Shown here: piece after piece, positions 46,579-60,096 of the stretch | Numbering within the stretch: position 1 is the first letter of the stretch | Layout: each line of letters starts with the position of its first letter | Source of the DNA: Octopus sinensis | Lineage: Eukaryota | Assembly (NCBI RefSeq): GCF_006345805.1 | Contig: NC_043012.1 | Coordinates: forward strand, 44,764,001 to 44,828,000 | Length of the DNA: 64,000 nt | Reading direction: 5' to 3' | Notes under the pieces: model-generated | Database searches by the model: none | Told to the model about the DNA's origin: nothing | What the model saw: only the letters and a program-made list of their open reading frames with translations | Position numbers and translations under genes: made by a program

Positions 46579-48466
46579 TATATATTATATATGCGCGTAC
46601 ATATGCACATGTCTATATATATATATAAAATGCAAGGATTTATGATCCGAAATACGCAGTTATTTTCGTCTGAATATAGTATTACGAGGAAGATTTATAC
46701 TAAGGCTTGACGAATTAGGCTAAAAATGTCTTCAACTAAGCTGTAGATTATAGGGAACTTATCTTTTATGTTTTGTTTTTGTTGGCAATAGTTTAAGCCG
46801 ATGGTATTATTAAACAGTTCATGAGGACATGTCATAAATATGCAAGGAAGTAAGACTGTTATCCTTAATAATATAACAACATCAACTCAATCAAAAGCAC
46901 CATCAATAGCATCGCAAAGACGAGGTAACGTTAAAAAAAGCAACAACAATAAGGGATAGAAAGAGAAAACCAAATGTGGGTAGGACATCAGTTGTCAATA
47001 GAAGCAATAGTTGTAGCAGCAGCAATAAACCACGAGAAATAACTCAAATAAGTTCAACACGAGTAGCAACATTAATGACAAACAATGAAACGAAATGGAA
47101 ATCAAAAAACAGTAACATGAACAATAAAAGGCAGGGTTAGTAATGAAAAATAACAAGAGTACAGAGAACAACTAAAAACTCGCAAATAGAAATCGTAATT
47201 GTAATGACAAGTGAACGGGAAAAGAATAAGAAAAAGAGAACAAAAATAAAAACTAGAAAAGACAGAAGCAAAAGAATGTCTTTAGCATCGAACAAGAATA
47301 ATCTACTCGCTGTTATTTCGATACTCACACATTATTATGCTGTTATTTCCAAGCACGGCGCACTTCTCTAACGTTCTTTCTAACCATACGAGTATTTTAT
47401 TTTTAACGACAACGCAAACGTATTCTGTTATAAACACAAAGCCTGCTGTGTCAGGTCATTGCTTTGTTACTTTATAACAAACATATTGTTTCTAACTGCA
47501 ACATGCTGTTATTGCTACGCTGTTATTCCCAACAACACCACGTTGTTATTTTTAACCACAACACACGTTCATGCTACTACTTTATTTTTAACAAGCTTTA
47601 TATGCTGTTATTATAAATACATCAAACTCCTATGTTGGACAAAATGCGACCCCACCCATGCAGTTACTTATAATCACCCAACAACCCTTTGATTGTAGTT
47701 CTAAAGGCATCCTCCTCCTATGCAGATATTAAGAAATCCGTTACATGAACACAGAAGCTGTATTAGATTAAAATAGCCATCTACGTAGCATCGGAGGCAG
47801 AAATGCAGGTGGCGCTCTCGCTAGCCGCTACTGGGATGATTTTCGTTTCCTTCCGATATATTTTGTGATTTTAAATACATGATTTTAAATATATGACGGG
47901 TGTAAGAGATGATATATCTGGACAAATACTGCAGTAAGTTTGCCTTTCAATTATGTATTTACTTTAAGTAGAATACATGTATGGCTATTTTAATCTATTA
48001 CTCCTTCTCTTACATATGACAGATACATACATTTACGCATACACACACACACACATACACACACACACACACACTCACACACACACACTCACACACATAC
48101 ATGTACATACACACACACAGACACACACAAATAATGTTCAAATTTTTAGAAAACAAAAGACGAAGACAGGTGAAGGAACAACAAGCAGGTGTATAAATTT
48201 GACGTTCGGCAAGAACGGAAAAGACTTTGACGATTCGAGCAAGCGCTCTTCGGCAGAAAGGATTGAGAGGGAAAAAAGTAGAGAGAAAAAAATTGTATAG
48301 AGAATAACTGTTCAACATGATGAAACGGCTGCATTTATATGTCGTTATTTCTCATCATAATAATGCACTTATTGTTAAGTATCACACGGTTATGTTGGTA
48401 TGTCTAAAAACACACACTACAATGTCAATGTCCCTAACTACAACACAGGTTTTTTAACCTTGTATA

Positions 48467-48780
48467 TATAGGAGAAGTTCTTAAGCAGATCAGGCCGAAA
48501 ATGTTGCTAGAAGCTAGGATCACCAAGCATAGATTGGCATATTTCGGTCATAATATGCGGAGAAAATCCCTGGAGAAGGACATCATGCTCGGAATGGTCA
48601 GTAGCAAGAGAGGAAGAGCCCGACCAAGAACCCGCTGGCTTGACACCATCAAGAGTGATACCGGAATGGACATAGCCAATCTGAAAGAAGCGGCCCAAGA
48701 TAAAACTGACTGGAGGACACTGATCCAACGAGTAACCGAGAGTCGACTTCGACTGAGCGGATAGATAGATAGATAGATAT
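48467..48780 (+). mobile_element. RTE (BovB-like) LINE 3' end with (GATA)n tail
   Basis: LAYFGHNMRRKSLEKDIMLG..RGRARPRTRWLDTI..AAQDKTDWR, followed by GATA repeats. Confidence 0.9.
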
Positions 48781-49373
48781 ATAGGCTCCATTCTCACCCA
48801 ACATAGTAATTGAGATTTTGAAAAGCTCATACAAATGGGAAATATTAAAGTTATCTCCTTCTACATGAGAGTGATATAACAGAGAGACAATGTATTTCGG
48901 AGTTTACCTACACGACGCTCAGAATCAAAGTGAATTCATTGAATGAGCTAAAGGCATTCTATTCCCTTAATCTTTCACTGTGACTTTATCTACTCAGCAA
49001 TGCTAATGTTGCATCTAAAAGACTAGGCTCACTTTTCCATTCCCGATGTCTAAAATATCAGCTAATAACTGTCAATAGAAACAACTACTAAAGTCGCTTT
49101 TCTCATTGAATGAAAAATAGACAAGCAAACGGTTCAGTAATTTTATCGAAATAAACCGCAATACACGCACGTGATTTGGCTCCCACGACATTGCAATCAA
49201 ATCCCCGACTATCGAGGAGAAACCACTTCGAGATCGCAATTAAATATAATTTCAATAATAACATACAACAATCGGATTGGGCAAAACTGCCGCACAAATC
49301 TCCTCTAAACCAAGGAGGAGAGGTACTATCACTTACATGCATACATACATACATACATACATACATACATACA

Positions 49374-49404
<31 letters not shown>

Positions 49405-49419
49405 GTTTGTATATATATA

Positions 49420-49760
49420 TCTTTATATATATAAAACTGAGAATGTGTGTCTGTCTGTCTGTGTGTTTCCCTAAGACTTGAGAACTACACAACCAATTTC
49501 ATTCAAATTTTACACATGCCTTACTTAGGGTCTGGGGAGTGTCATCGGCAAAATAAATTTGAACTTTTTGCCTAGGGCGAGCCCACAGCAATATCATATC
49601 TTCTCCACTACGATTCCCTAAAACTTGAGAACTACACGACCAATTCCATTCAAATTTTACACATGCCTTACTTAGAATCTATGTAGTTTCATCGGCAAAA
49701 AAATGTTCAACTTCTTGCCTAGAGCGAGCCCATAGCAATATCATATCTTCTCCACTATTT
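49420..49760 (+). mobile_element. Helitron-like 5' region with a 147-bp tandem duplication
   Basis: A|TCTTTATATATATAAAA..GTCTGTCTG..ACCAATTTCATTCAAATTTTACAC resembles non-autonomous Helitron 5' ends. Repeat units lie at about 49470-49610 and 49617-49757. The 3' CTAG end was not identified. Confidence 0.45.
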
Positions 49761-50605
49761 CAGTATTACGTGTTAAAAGTGAAACAAAAACTTTTCTCTA
49801 TTTTATGTCAGATACTTTCACTTTAACAATTAAAAAAATAATATCAATTGAATTATATGTAGTAAGTAATAATTAAAATCAAACCAAAGTATAATATAAT
49901 CGTAACATAACAAAAGTAAAAATAGCAATTGGTATAAAATTGCATCAATGATTTGAACTTGAATAAGTGGTTTCACATGAATGGGAATAAATTAAAAATA
50001 AAATTAGCGTGCATAAATGGAATAGTCCAGATGGATAATAAAAAATTAAATTAAAGAAAAGACTATTGTCTATAAAGTATACAATGTAGAGAAAAAAGAA
50101 GATTTGAACACATGGAGGAAAGCACCTTCGAGAAGTGTCTTGGTGCGACTATGAAAGGTATCTAATCAGAGGCGGTAAATTTGCCACAATAGAAGCAAGG
50201 TTCGAGTCAACGGAGCGTGCAAGGGAGTACTCCACTCGAACTTGCAAAGTGGAAATATTTTAGTTTTACCTTTATATCTGGGACGTAGGACGTCCCGGAA
50301 AAAAATTAAAATGCCCCTCCACCAGAAGTAGAGGTAGGCTGGATTGTAGCCACACTTCTAAACAAGAGGGAGGACAAGATACAATTGATCGAAATTACAA
50401 GAGACGGGCTAACAATTCCAGTCTGTTATATATTTTGAGTATTGTTATCACTAGCGATATCAAGATATAACTTTGTATTTTGTATGTTATGTGTAGATGT
50501 ATATATATAAAGATGTACATGTAATATGTACACATATATATACACATATATACATGCACTAGCATTATGACCCGGCATATATATATATGTGTGTGTTTGT
50601 ATATG

Positions 50606-50636
<31 letters not shown>

Positions 50637-50637
50637 G

Positions 50638-50668
<31 letters not shown>

Positions 50669-50929
50669 ATATATATATATACAAACGAAACAGCAGCCTC
50701 ATTACTATGATAAGTATATACATCGTGTTTATATATACATATACAGAGAGGGTGAGAAAGAGACTAATAGATAGACATATAGAGAAAAACATATGTATAT
50801 ATATATATACATATATACATATATGTACATATATATATGCATATATATGTATGTTTATACATATGGCTAAGAGTCGTTTTGACTCTCATTTCTAGCAATG
50901 CTGGTGCTGACTTGCACCATTAGTCAATT

Positions 50930-52007
50930 TAGTAACGACTGTACTTGTGCTTTTTGATTACAAATTGCGAACGAAGAACGATCCATTTCTCGACAGTATT
51001 GTAACTTGCGATGAAAAATGGATTCTGTACAATAATAAAAAAAGATTTTCGCAGTGGTTGGACCAAACTGAAGCAACGAAAACCTTCCCTAAACCCGAGC
51101 TCTTCAAAAAGAGGTCTATGGTGACTGTTTGGTGGCGTACTGCTCGACTCATCTCACTGGGTAAAGACCCCCTTCGGTCATGAGTGACCATGGGTTTGCA
51201 CCTAGAGAGTTACCCTCTGAGGCACAAGTCTGGGCAAGGTTTTTTTATGGAAGACCAGTAGTCGCCCATGCATACCGGCCTCCCCTCTCCACGCCACCAG
51301 TGTTATCCAAGGGAAAGACAAATGTCGATACAGCTTGGCACCTGTGACGTCGCAACTCATCTCTACAGCTGAGTGAACTGGAGCAACGTGAAATAAAGTG
51401 TCTTGCTCAAGAACACAACACGCAGCCCGGCCCGGGATTCGAGCTCACAACCTCACGATCGTAAGCTCGACGCTCTAACCACTGAGCCATGCGCCTTCAC
51501 ATCTCACTATAACTTCTTAAAACCCGGAAAAAACATTACTGCAGGAACATATTGCCATGAAATTGCCAAAATGAACGAAAAACTGCTATTTCTCCGTTCC
51601 AGACTGGTCAACAGAAGAGGACCAATCATTCTTCATAGCAATGCTCGACTTCACGTCTCACTCATGAGGCTCCAGAAGTTGAGGGAATTTGGCTACGAAC
51701 TTCTTCCCCACCCAGCTTATTCCCCAGACTTTTCTCCTACCGACAACCACTTTTTCAAGCACATTGATGGTTTCCTACGAGAGGAGTTCAAAGACCAAAC
51801 TAATGTTGAAAGTCTGTTCGAAGAGTTCATCCGTTCCAGAACTCCAGATCGTTATGTTACCGGAGTAAACAAACTTGTAACTCGTTGGCAAAATGTGTGG
51901 ATTGCAATGGTACTGTCTTACTTTGATGAATAAAATTTCCGCATTGTTGAAATATAGTGTGATGAATTCCATGTTTCAAAACGTTTCTTACATTTTACTC
52001 AGCCTGA
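50930..52007 (+). mobile_element. mariner transposase remnant (DD34D, Hsmar1/SETMAR-like) with 3' TIR, interrupted by a SINE
   Basis: FLDSIVTCDEKWILY, MVTVWW, ILHSNAR, LPHPAYSPDFSPTDNHFF and KLVTRW; 3' end ..ACTCAGCCTGA|TA. Confidence 0.92.
51159..51499 (-). mobile_element. Full-length tRNA-derived SINE family C with a 9-bp TSD
   Basis: Head GTGAAGGCGCATGGCTCAGTGGTTAGAGCG; TSD CATCTCACT at 51150-51158 and 51500-51508. Confidence 0.93.
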
Positions 52008-52066
52008 TATATATATTATGTATATATGTAGATGTATATATGTATAAAGGTGTGTGTATATATATA

Positions 52067-52447
52067 TATAAATTAAATTAGAGATAAAACCACTATTAGG
52101 CAACTCAAACTGTGATAGACAAACCAAAACATAAAAAACAAAAAATAAATATAATTAATATAATATAAATATAATATAAATTATATTAAACTTTTTAATA
52201 CCTTTTGGTTAGTTTAAAAAAAATCAAAAGTTTAAAAATCTATAAATTAAAAATTTAAAATATATAAACATATAAAAATATATAAATATAAATTCAAAAA
52301 ATTCAAATTTTAATAATTTAAATTTTAAATTTTATATTTTATATATATATTATATATTATATTAATTATATTTATTTGTTTTTTTATGTTTGAGTTTATC
52401 ACTGTTTGAGTTGCCTAATAGTGGTTTTATCTCTAATTTAATTTATA
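52067..52447. repeat. Inverted repeat with ~110-bp arms around an extremely AT-rich spacer
   Basis: AAATTAGAGATAAAACCACTATTAGGCAACTCAAAC.. and its reverse complement at 52390-52447. Confidence 0.9.
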
Positions 52448-52510
52448 TTTATACTGTGAAATTTGATTTACCAAAATCTAATTTTTCCCTGTAAGTTTGG
52501 ATATACTCCC

Positions 52511-52571
<61 letters not shown>

Positions 52572-52610
52572 ATATATATATATATATATATCTTTTATCT
52601 TCTATATTTT

Positions 52611-52825
52611 TCAGTCATTAGACAGCAGCCATGCTGGAGCACCTCCTTGAAGAATTTTAGTCGAACAAATCGACACCAGGACTTATTTTTTAAGCCTAGT
52701 ACTTATGCTATCGGTCTCTCTGCCGAACCGCTAGGTTATGAGAGCGTAATTTGTCAAGCTGTGATGGGGGGAATATAAACAGACAGACAAGCGCGCGGGC
52801 ACAAAAACACAAACACACAAACACA

Positions 52826-52864
<39 letters not shown>

Positions 52865-53030
52865 GGACTTCTTTCAGTTTCCTTCTACCAAATCTACTCG
52901 AAAAGCTTTCGTCAACCCGAGGATATAGTAGAAGACACTTACCCAAAGTGCCACGCAGTGGGACTGAACCCATGACCATGTTGTTGGTAAGCAAGCTACT
53001 TACCACACAGCCTCTCCTGTATATATGTAT
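52611..53030 (-). mobile_element. Full-length SINE family A, minus strand
   Basis: Reverse complement collinear with 36432-36838. Confidence 0.9.
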
Positions 53031-53512
53031 GTATGTGCGTGTGTATGTATATCTATGTGAGTGCTTATATGTGTGCTTATGTATGTACAAATAAGTATAT
53101 ACAACTATTAATTTCTTACAGGCATGTATAGTTGTATATACATGATGCATAAATCTAGATATTCATGCATGTATACATAGTGATAAAAATATATCAGAGA
53201 AACGTACTATAAACAAGAATAGATTCATTAAAAAAAAATATTACATCAGATATTAAAAAAAAAAGGAAGTCGAAGTTTTTCTCTTTCAACAAGACAATAT
53301 TCCACTGTGCATTTGTGGTATGTGCACTTTTACCAACATTTGGGATACTTGATTGGTCTATAGAGGAAATCCCACTCAATAAGCATAAAAAAATCCTGCG
53401 ACGTCATGAAACTGCTTGGAAATTTCCACAGATGCAGATACTTTTACTATTGTCACTAGTAGTTCACTGTGGCCACCAAGTGCAGCAAAATAGTTTTGTA
53501 TGTTTGTGGTGT

Positions 53513-53567
<55 letters not shown>

Positions 53568-53748
53568 ATATATATATATATATGCGTGTGTATATAGGGA
53601 GAGTTTACGAAAAAAACAAAAGACGAAGGGCGGTGGTGTACAAAACAAACAGATGTATTTAGTAAACGCTCAGGAATAGAAAAAAAGTATTTTACGTTTC
53701 GAGCCTACGCTCTTCTACAGAAAGGGACACAGAAAAAACAAGGAGAGA

Positions 53749-53813
<65 letters not shown>

Positions 53814-53829
53814 ATATACACACGTAGAA

Positions 53830-54125
53830 GTGGAGGCGCAATGTTAGGTTAGGGCAGCGGATTAGCGGTTTCGATCGCAGACTGGGCGTTGTGTGTATTT
53901 ATTGAGCGGAAGCACCTAAGCTCCACGAGGTTCCGGCAGCGGGTGGTGTAGACCCCCTGTTGTACTCTTTCGCTCCAACTTTCTCTCATTCTCTCTTCCT
54001 GTTTCTTGGGTAACGCTGTGATGGACTGGCGTCCCGTCCAACTAGGGGGAACACATACGCCACAGAAACCGGGAAACTGGGCCCACGAGACTGGCTAGGC
54101 TTGAAAAGGGCGCATAAAAATAAAA
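53830..54125 (+). mobile_element. tRNA-derived SINE, family D
   Basis: GTGGAGGCGCAATG head, GGTTTCGATC B-box-like motif, GTGATGGACTGGCGTCCCGTCC domain and an A-rich tail. Confidence 0.75.
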
Positions 54126-55842
54126 AATATATATGCAAAGACATATAACACACACACACACACAATCACATACACACACACACACTCACAAACACACACA
54201 CACACACACATATATATATGTATGTATGTATACACGCACATACGACTGCTTGTGTACACCCGTACCTTAACATGTGTAAAAGTTGGTCGGAACAAACATA
54301 TATACGTGCTTGAAGTGCTTGGAATTGAAACGGCTGTTGAAGGGAGATTCCATGTAGCACCGCAAGTAGAATGATGAAATGGCCTTTGCGTCTTTACTAA
54401 GGCTTATAATGTTTTAGCAGATGTATCAAGCTATGTTCTGTTGGTGACAGGGTGTGCAGAAACATATGGTCTTCAAACAGTATCATATGTAGGGATGGAA
54501 CCCCCTCCGAGAAAACATGTTCTCTTGGTGAGAACGTGTGTAGAATGAATAGTTCTGTGTGCAGACACTGAGGTTGACAAGGTTTCACACCGAGATAGTG
54601 AGTATATTAACCATTGATTGGCTGATGAGAATTTACCCAATTAAAGCGTCAAATAAAATCACGTGCGCGCGGTCGCATGACCATTGCACAACGAAATGAA
54701 GTATCTTCTTTTTCATGAGATATTCACTGAATAGTAAAATCAATGGAGTTTATGTACATCTAGTTGTATTACAGCAATAGCAGTAGCAACGCCGAGTGAT
54801 GAATTACAACAGACATTGTTGTTGAAAATAACTCAATGGTCAGAAAAGAAATTTTGCTTGTGAGTTTTGTGAGAATCCCCAAGGAAAATCAATTCCAGAA
54901 GCAAAAAAAGATAGTGCAAATAGACTCCGACAAATTGTGTCTGTCTAATCAGAAGAGTTGTTTTTGAGTGGTTTAGCATTGAAGTCAAACTTCATCCCAT
55001 GAAATGTCTCCTCCAGAAACAAATAGAGATTATATACATGTAAGATGGCTAATAAACCACAACTACTACAACAGCATTAAATCTAACGTCTGATAATATT
55101 CGCTGTTACACTACGTAAATCTAGAAATGTTTTTTTTTTTAATCCTGCATATGAATCTTTCGAAAGTTTTTGTTGTGATTTTGTCTTTTAGGTTATTACT
55201 GAGATTCAACCACGAGTTCTTATCCTAGCTATTTTTATGTTGACCTTCGATAAATGTTATTTCCCCTTTCTTTTGTCATATAGCCTCAACAATAGAATTC
55301 AAAAATTTTTTTATTCTTCTGCAGTCAAGAATATCTAGGGCTGAACAGTAGAAAAATGCTTATATTTTCTATTCAATGTTTTGGTGCAGCGAATGTGAGA
55401 GCAAATTAGAGAGAGAGAGAGAGAGCGCGAGAGAGGGAGCATAGTATATTCAACTCACATGTTTACTGAACAGATCTTTGGAAAATACTCGCCGGCTGGT
55501 TAGTACTCTTATATCTTTGTATTAAGCTAGAACGAAACCATTTTGAATTAAGGGTGGTAACTTGACAGGAAATATTTATCAGTGAGTTAATGGTATGTAA
55601 TAAATAGACCAGGATATTAACTTGGGAGTTCTTGGTTTGATTTCGACCGCGATCTCAAGTCTTGTTCAGTTCGTATATCTGGTCCCCCCCAAAGTAATTA
55701 TATATTTCTTTAAAATCCCAATTTACCCATAACTGAAATGAGATTAAAGAATTACATACATCACACATACATACATACATACAAATATATATGTAGATAT
55801 AATATGTATATACACATATACATACATATATATATGTATGAT

Positions 55843-55873
<31 letters not shown>

Positions 55874-56120
55874 TACAAAAGAAAGATGAAGAATAGAAAA
55901 AATGAAACAATTTTCAAAGTAGTTTTCTTCATCAGAGTACTTATAGAATTTTTTATCACTAAAAACAAGCAAAAAAAAGAAGAAAAAAGAAAAATTGTTG
56001 AAACAATCTGAATCAACAAACATCTCTTTCTAAGGAATTTTTTATGATTGATGGAGTCAACTGCAGGTTTTTCACACATATTCACATATATAGACATAAT
56101 ATATATATATATATATATAT

Positions 56121-56170
<50 letters not shown>

Positions 56171-58298
56171 ATATATATAATATAAGTACATATATATACA
56201 TGCACACAAAGATACACACAAACACACAAGCACATATATCTATCTATATCTACATACATACATACATACATACATGCATACACACATACATACATACATA
56301 CATGCATACACACATACATACATACATACATACACACATACATACATACATCATACATACATACATACATACATATATACATACACACATACATACACAC
56401 ATACATACATACAACATACACACACACATACATACATAACATACATACATGCATACATAAACAGATATTCCTTGAAATGTATGAGTCACATGACTCAACT
56501 GGGAATGGAGCCTTTGTAGCTTATACTCCTCTCACTACTGCCCATACACATACACAGAATCCGCCTACACACATATACACAAGTAGAGTGAGAGAAAGAG
56601 AGAGTGGGAGGGAGATAGAGAGAGGAAGGGAGAGAGAGGGAAAGGAAGAATCTCAGAAAAAAGATATTTTTACTGAAAATCACGCACACACATTTGGAAC
56701 ATACAGACGCACACATGCACTCATATAATCAACGCATGAATGTCCAAAGGACAAAGGCATACATTATGAGCTCACACACACACACACACACAAACACAAA
56801 CACACATACACGCACACACACACACACACGCACGCATTCATACATTCGCACGTACATAGAATCATGCACAAACATGCACGTACTTCTCAAACGACCAAAG
56901 ACTCACAGGTATTCCTAAAATATGCAAATAGGGAATACACCGTACATAGAGTCAACCCCATTTTGCTCTGCTCTCTCTTTCACACACACACACACACGCA
57001 CACACAAACACACACTCACACATACACATTCAAACACTTGTACGTACATACGTACACATCTATTCTCTTATGACCAGCCATCAACATCCACCTGCTTACA
57101 GGAGATAGCAACATAATGTGTACTTAACATACGAACACATGCAAAAAGCCAACACACATATAGAAGCATCATCAATGTAACATACACACGCACAAATGTA
57201 AACACATATACGCAGAGGTAATTCATCAATCTGCGTACACATGCAAATTCCCCCTCCCCATTATGCCTCTCACATAAATACATGTATAGACACACACAAG
57301 TGCACACAAACCTTCCCAAAAGACCACATAGAAACACATGGTATGGAACACCAGAGTAGAATTATGCACAAAAACAAAATAAAAATAAACAAAAAATGCA
57401 TACACGTACCGTACACGCAAATATATTCTCAAAATATCGGTGTCTTTCTTTTTCTTTCTTACACATATATTCTAAAAACAAAACAAAACAAAGCAACAAC
57501 GCACACATGAATTCATATTGACATAGAAACGTACACTAACACATAGGCACACACGTATATACACACACATCTACAAATATACATAGGTAGCACGTGCAAA
57601 AAACGGTGTTTTGAATAGTTCTAAAACTGCAGAATTTTTTCGCCGACATCAGATAAGCCATTCACCCGGCAGTTTTCTAATATGGAAGATAAAAAAAATA
57701 TTTAAAAAAAAAAGTTTTTCTTTTTGTCATGTATCTATTAGAATCAGTAAAGATACGGTGAATAAAGCAATTTTGTTTTCGTTTACTTATTTCACTTTTT
57801 TTCTCTCAATACCTTGCAATCTCTTGGAAAGTTGGTCCTGAAACCATCTGTACCTAAGAAAGTCGATGGTGGGAGAGAAGGAAAGATAAAATCAGAGGAA
57901 AATAAATGGAATTTAGGGAAGGATGAGAAACAAAACGAATCGAAATAGGAAAAAAAATAACAAAACAAAACACAAAAATAAAATTGAGAGAAAGGTAATT
58001 TTTATGTAGAATAATGCAATAATATTTGAATATAGAAAAATCTAATCTGTGCAATTGATTTATTGGAGACTGAAGAAGATTGCAAAGACCTGGGTGAAAA
58101 GGTGCTTGCAAAGATGGGGAGAGAGAGAGAGGGAGAGAGAAAGAGAGAGAGATAGAGAGAGAGGGAGAGAGAGAAATTTTTGGCAGTCTTTGAACTTTGA
58201 GCCGATCCAAACAGATGGTGGTTTAGTCAAAATAAATGAAGCTGTATATGTTGTGATTGTTGATGTTGTTGTTGTTGTTGCTATTATTATTATTATTA

Positions 58299-58332
<34 letters not shown>

Positions 58333-58469
58333 GATTGAGTGATTGATTGTTGTTGTTGTGTGTTTGTATTCTGAATTGATTGGCTGCTTAATTGTCTGGT
58401 TGATGGCAAATGTCAAACGGCATTAATAATGTGATAAATAACAAATTTTAATATTCATGATATCTCAGT

Positions 58470-58527
<58 letters not shown>

Positions 58528-58771
58528 TTCGTAATTTACGCTTAACATCCATATATTTTGATGCAGGGTAATGAGGAAGTTTGGCATTCAAGGGTCCTAT
58601 TATAATATTCAGTGAAGTTAATTGAGTTACTACCCTGAGTAACGAAACATGTATTACCTAGCAAAGAGACGTACACATCAAATAATAGTCGATAAGAAGC
58701 TCTGAATTTATTGTTCTTTTCATAAGCCTCATAAACACACACACACACACACACATATTGTATGATATATA

Positions 58772-59100
58772 TACAGAGTTGGCCAAAAGTCACCTGACGG
58801 AAAATCATAACCATTTAATTCCAAGATTTATTTATGTTTAACAACTGAATGAATTTAAAAAAAAAGTATCTAAATATGAAACATCATGCAAAGTGTTCAA
58901 ACTGATGTCCCTCTGGAGCGACACATTTTTTTATCCGAGTCAATACAGAATTACAGAAAGTATTTATGGAATTTTGATTTACTGTCGGTTGATTGTATAT
59001 ATATCTATATCTATATATATATAGACAGTTGAAACACTCCTGTCACAACCTGGGATCTTGAAGACTACTTTAATGCAAGAAAGTATACTAGTCCCTTAAT
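58772..59100 (-). mobile_element. Tc1/mariner-superfamily 3' remnant with TA-flanked terminus
   Basis: TA|CAGAGTTGGCCAAAAGTCACC terminus. The minus strand gives KKCVAPEGHQFEH and IKGLVY. Confidence 0.5.
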
Positions 59101-59291
59101 ATTTGATATTCAATATTTCATCTATTCAATAAGACAATGAATACTTCATTTCATTTTACTATATATACTATTTATATTATATATTCTATATTCTACATTA
59201 ATATTATAAAGAATATAAATAAAACATAAAAACAGACAGAGTTGGAATTCTTTGAATAATATATATCCCTCTATACACAATCATACAAGCC

Positions 59292-59368
<77 letters not shown>

Positions 59369-59516
59369 CATACATACATACATACACACACACACATACA
59401 CACATATATGTATAATCTCAATAATACTAAAACTCTAGAGATGTTTGTGTGTACCCGAGATATTAGAAATAGCATATTTTATCGTATTTGTTTTGTATAT
59501 TTATGTTCATACTTAC

Positions 59517-59556
59517 CTTCACCAGAGCAGTACAAATTTTTGTGATATCTGAACCT
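59517..59556 (-). CDS. Candidate 40-nt micro-exon on the minus strand
   Basis: Consensus donor AAG|GTAAGT and acceptor TTTTCATTAATAACTAG. Open as [13 protein letters not shown] or [13 protein letters not shown]. Confidence 0.25.
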
Positions 59557-60064
59557 CTAGTTATTAATGAAAACGATTAAACACAATGTTTGTTATTTTT
59601 TGACGAAAAAGCATGGCTTCCGTGACGTCAACACACAAACGCACATACAAAATACACAGACATATAATGAATGTCATGGCGTGTCAATCAACACAAACAC
59701 ACGTCCGCTACCTGTGACATATACACACTAATAGTCTTCATGCTCTCCAAGAATAAAAAAAAAAACGTCGACTTTTTGACGTACACAAAATTTTAATCAT
59801 TTAGAAATATTTTTTAACGGAATGTGGTTTCAAAAATGTAAGTTGATTGTACAGTAAGTATTTATATTTTAGCTTTCTTTAAACAGACAATATTTTAATG
59901 TGTTTTTTTTTTCATTATTTTCAAGTGAATGGCGATCTTTCACTTTTCACCCGTAGTTCGTTATTTTCCGTAAACAATTTTTATTTATTTACTCTTGTTT
60001 TAAATTGTGTAGAAGAAAGTGAAAAATATGTATGTACGTATATATGAAATAGACGTGTGTATGT

Positions 60065-60096
<32 letters not shown>

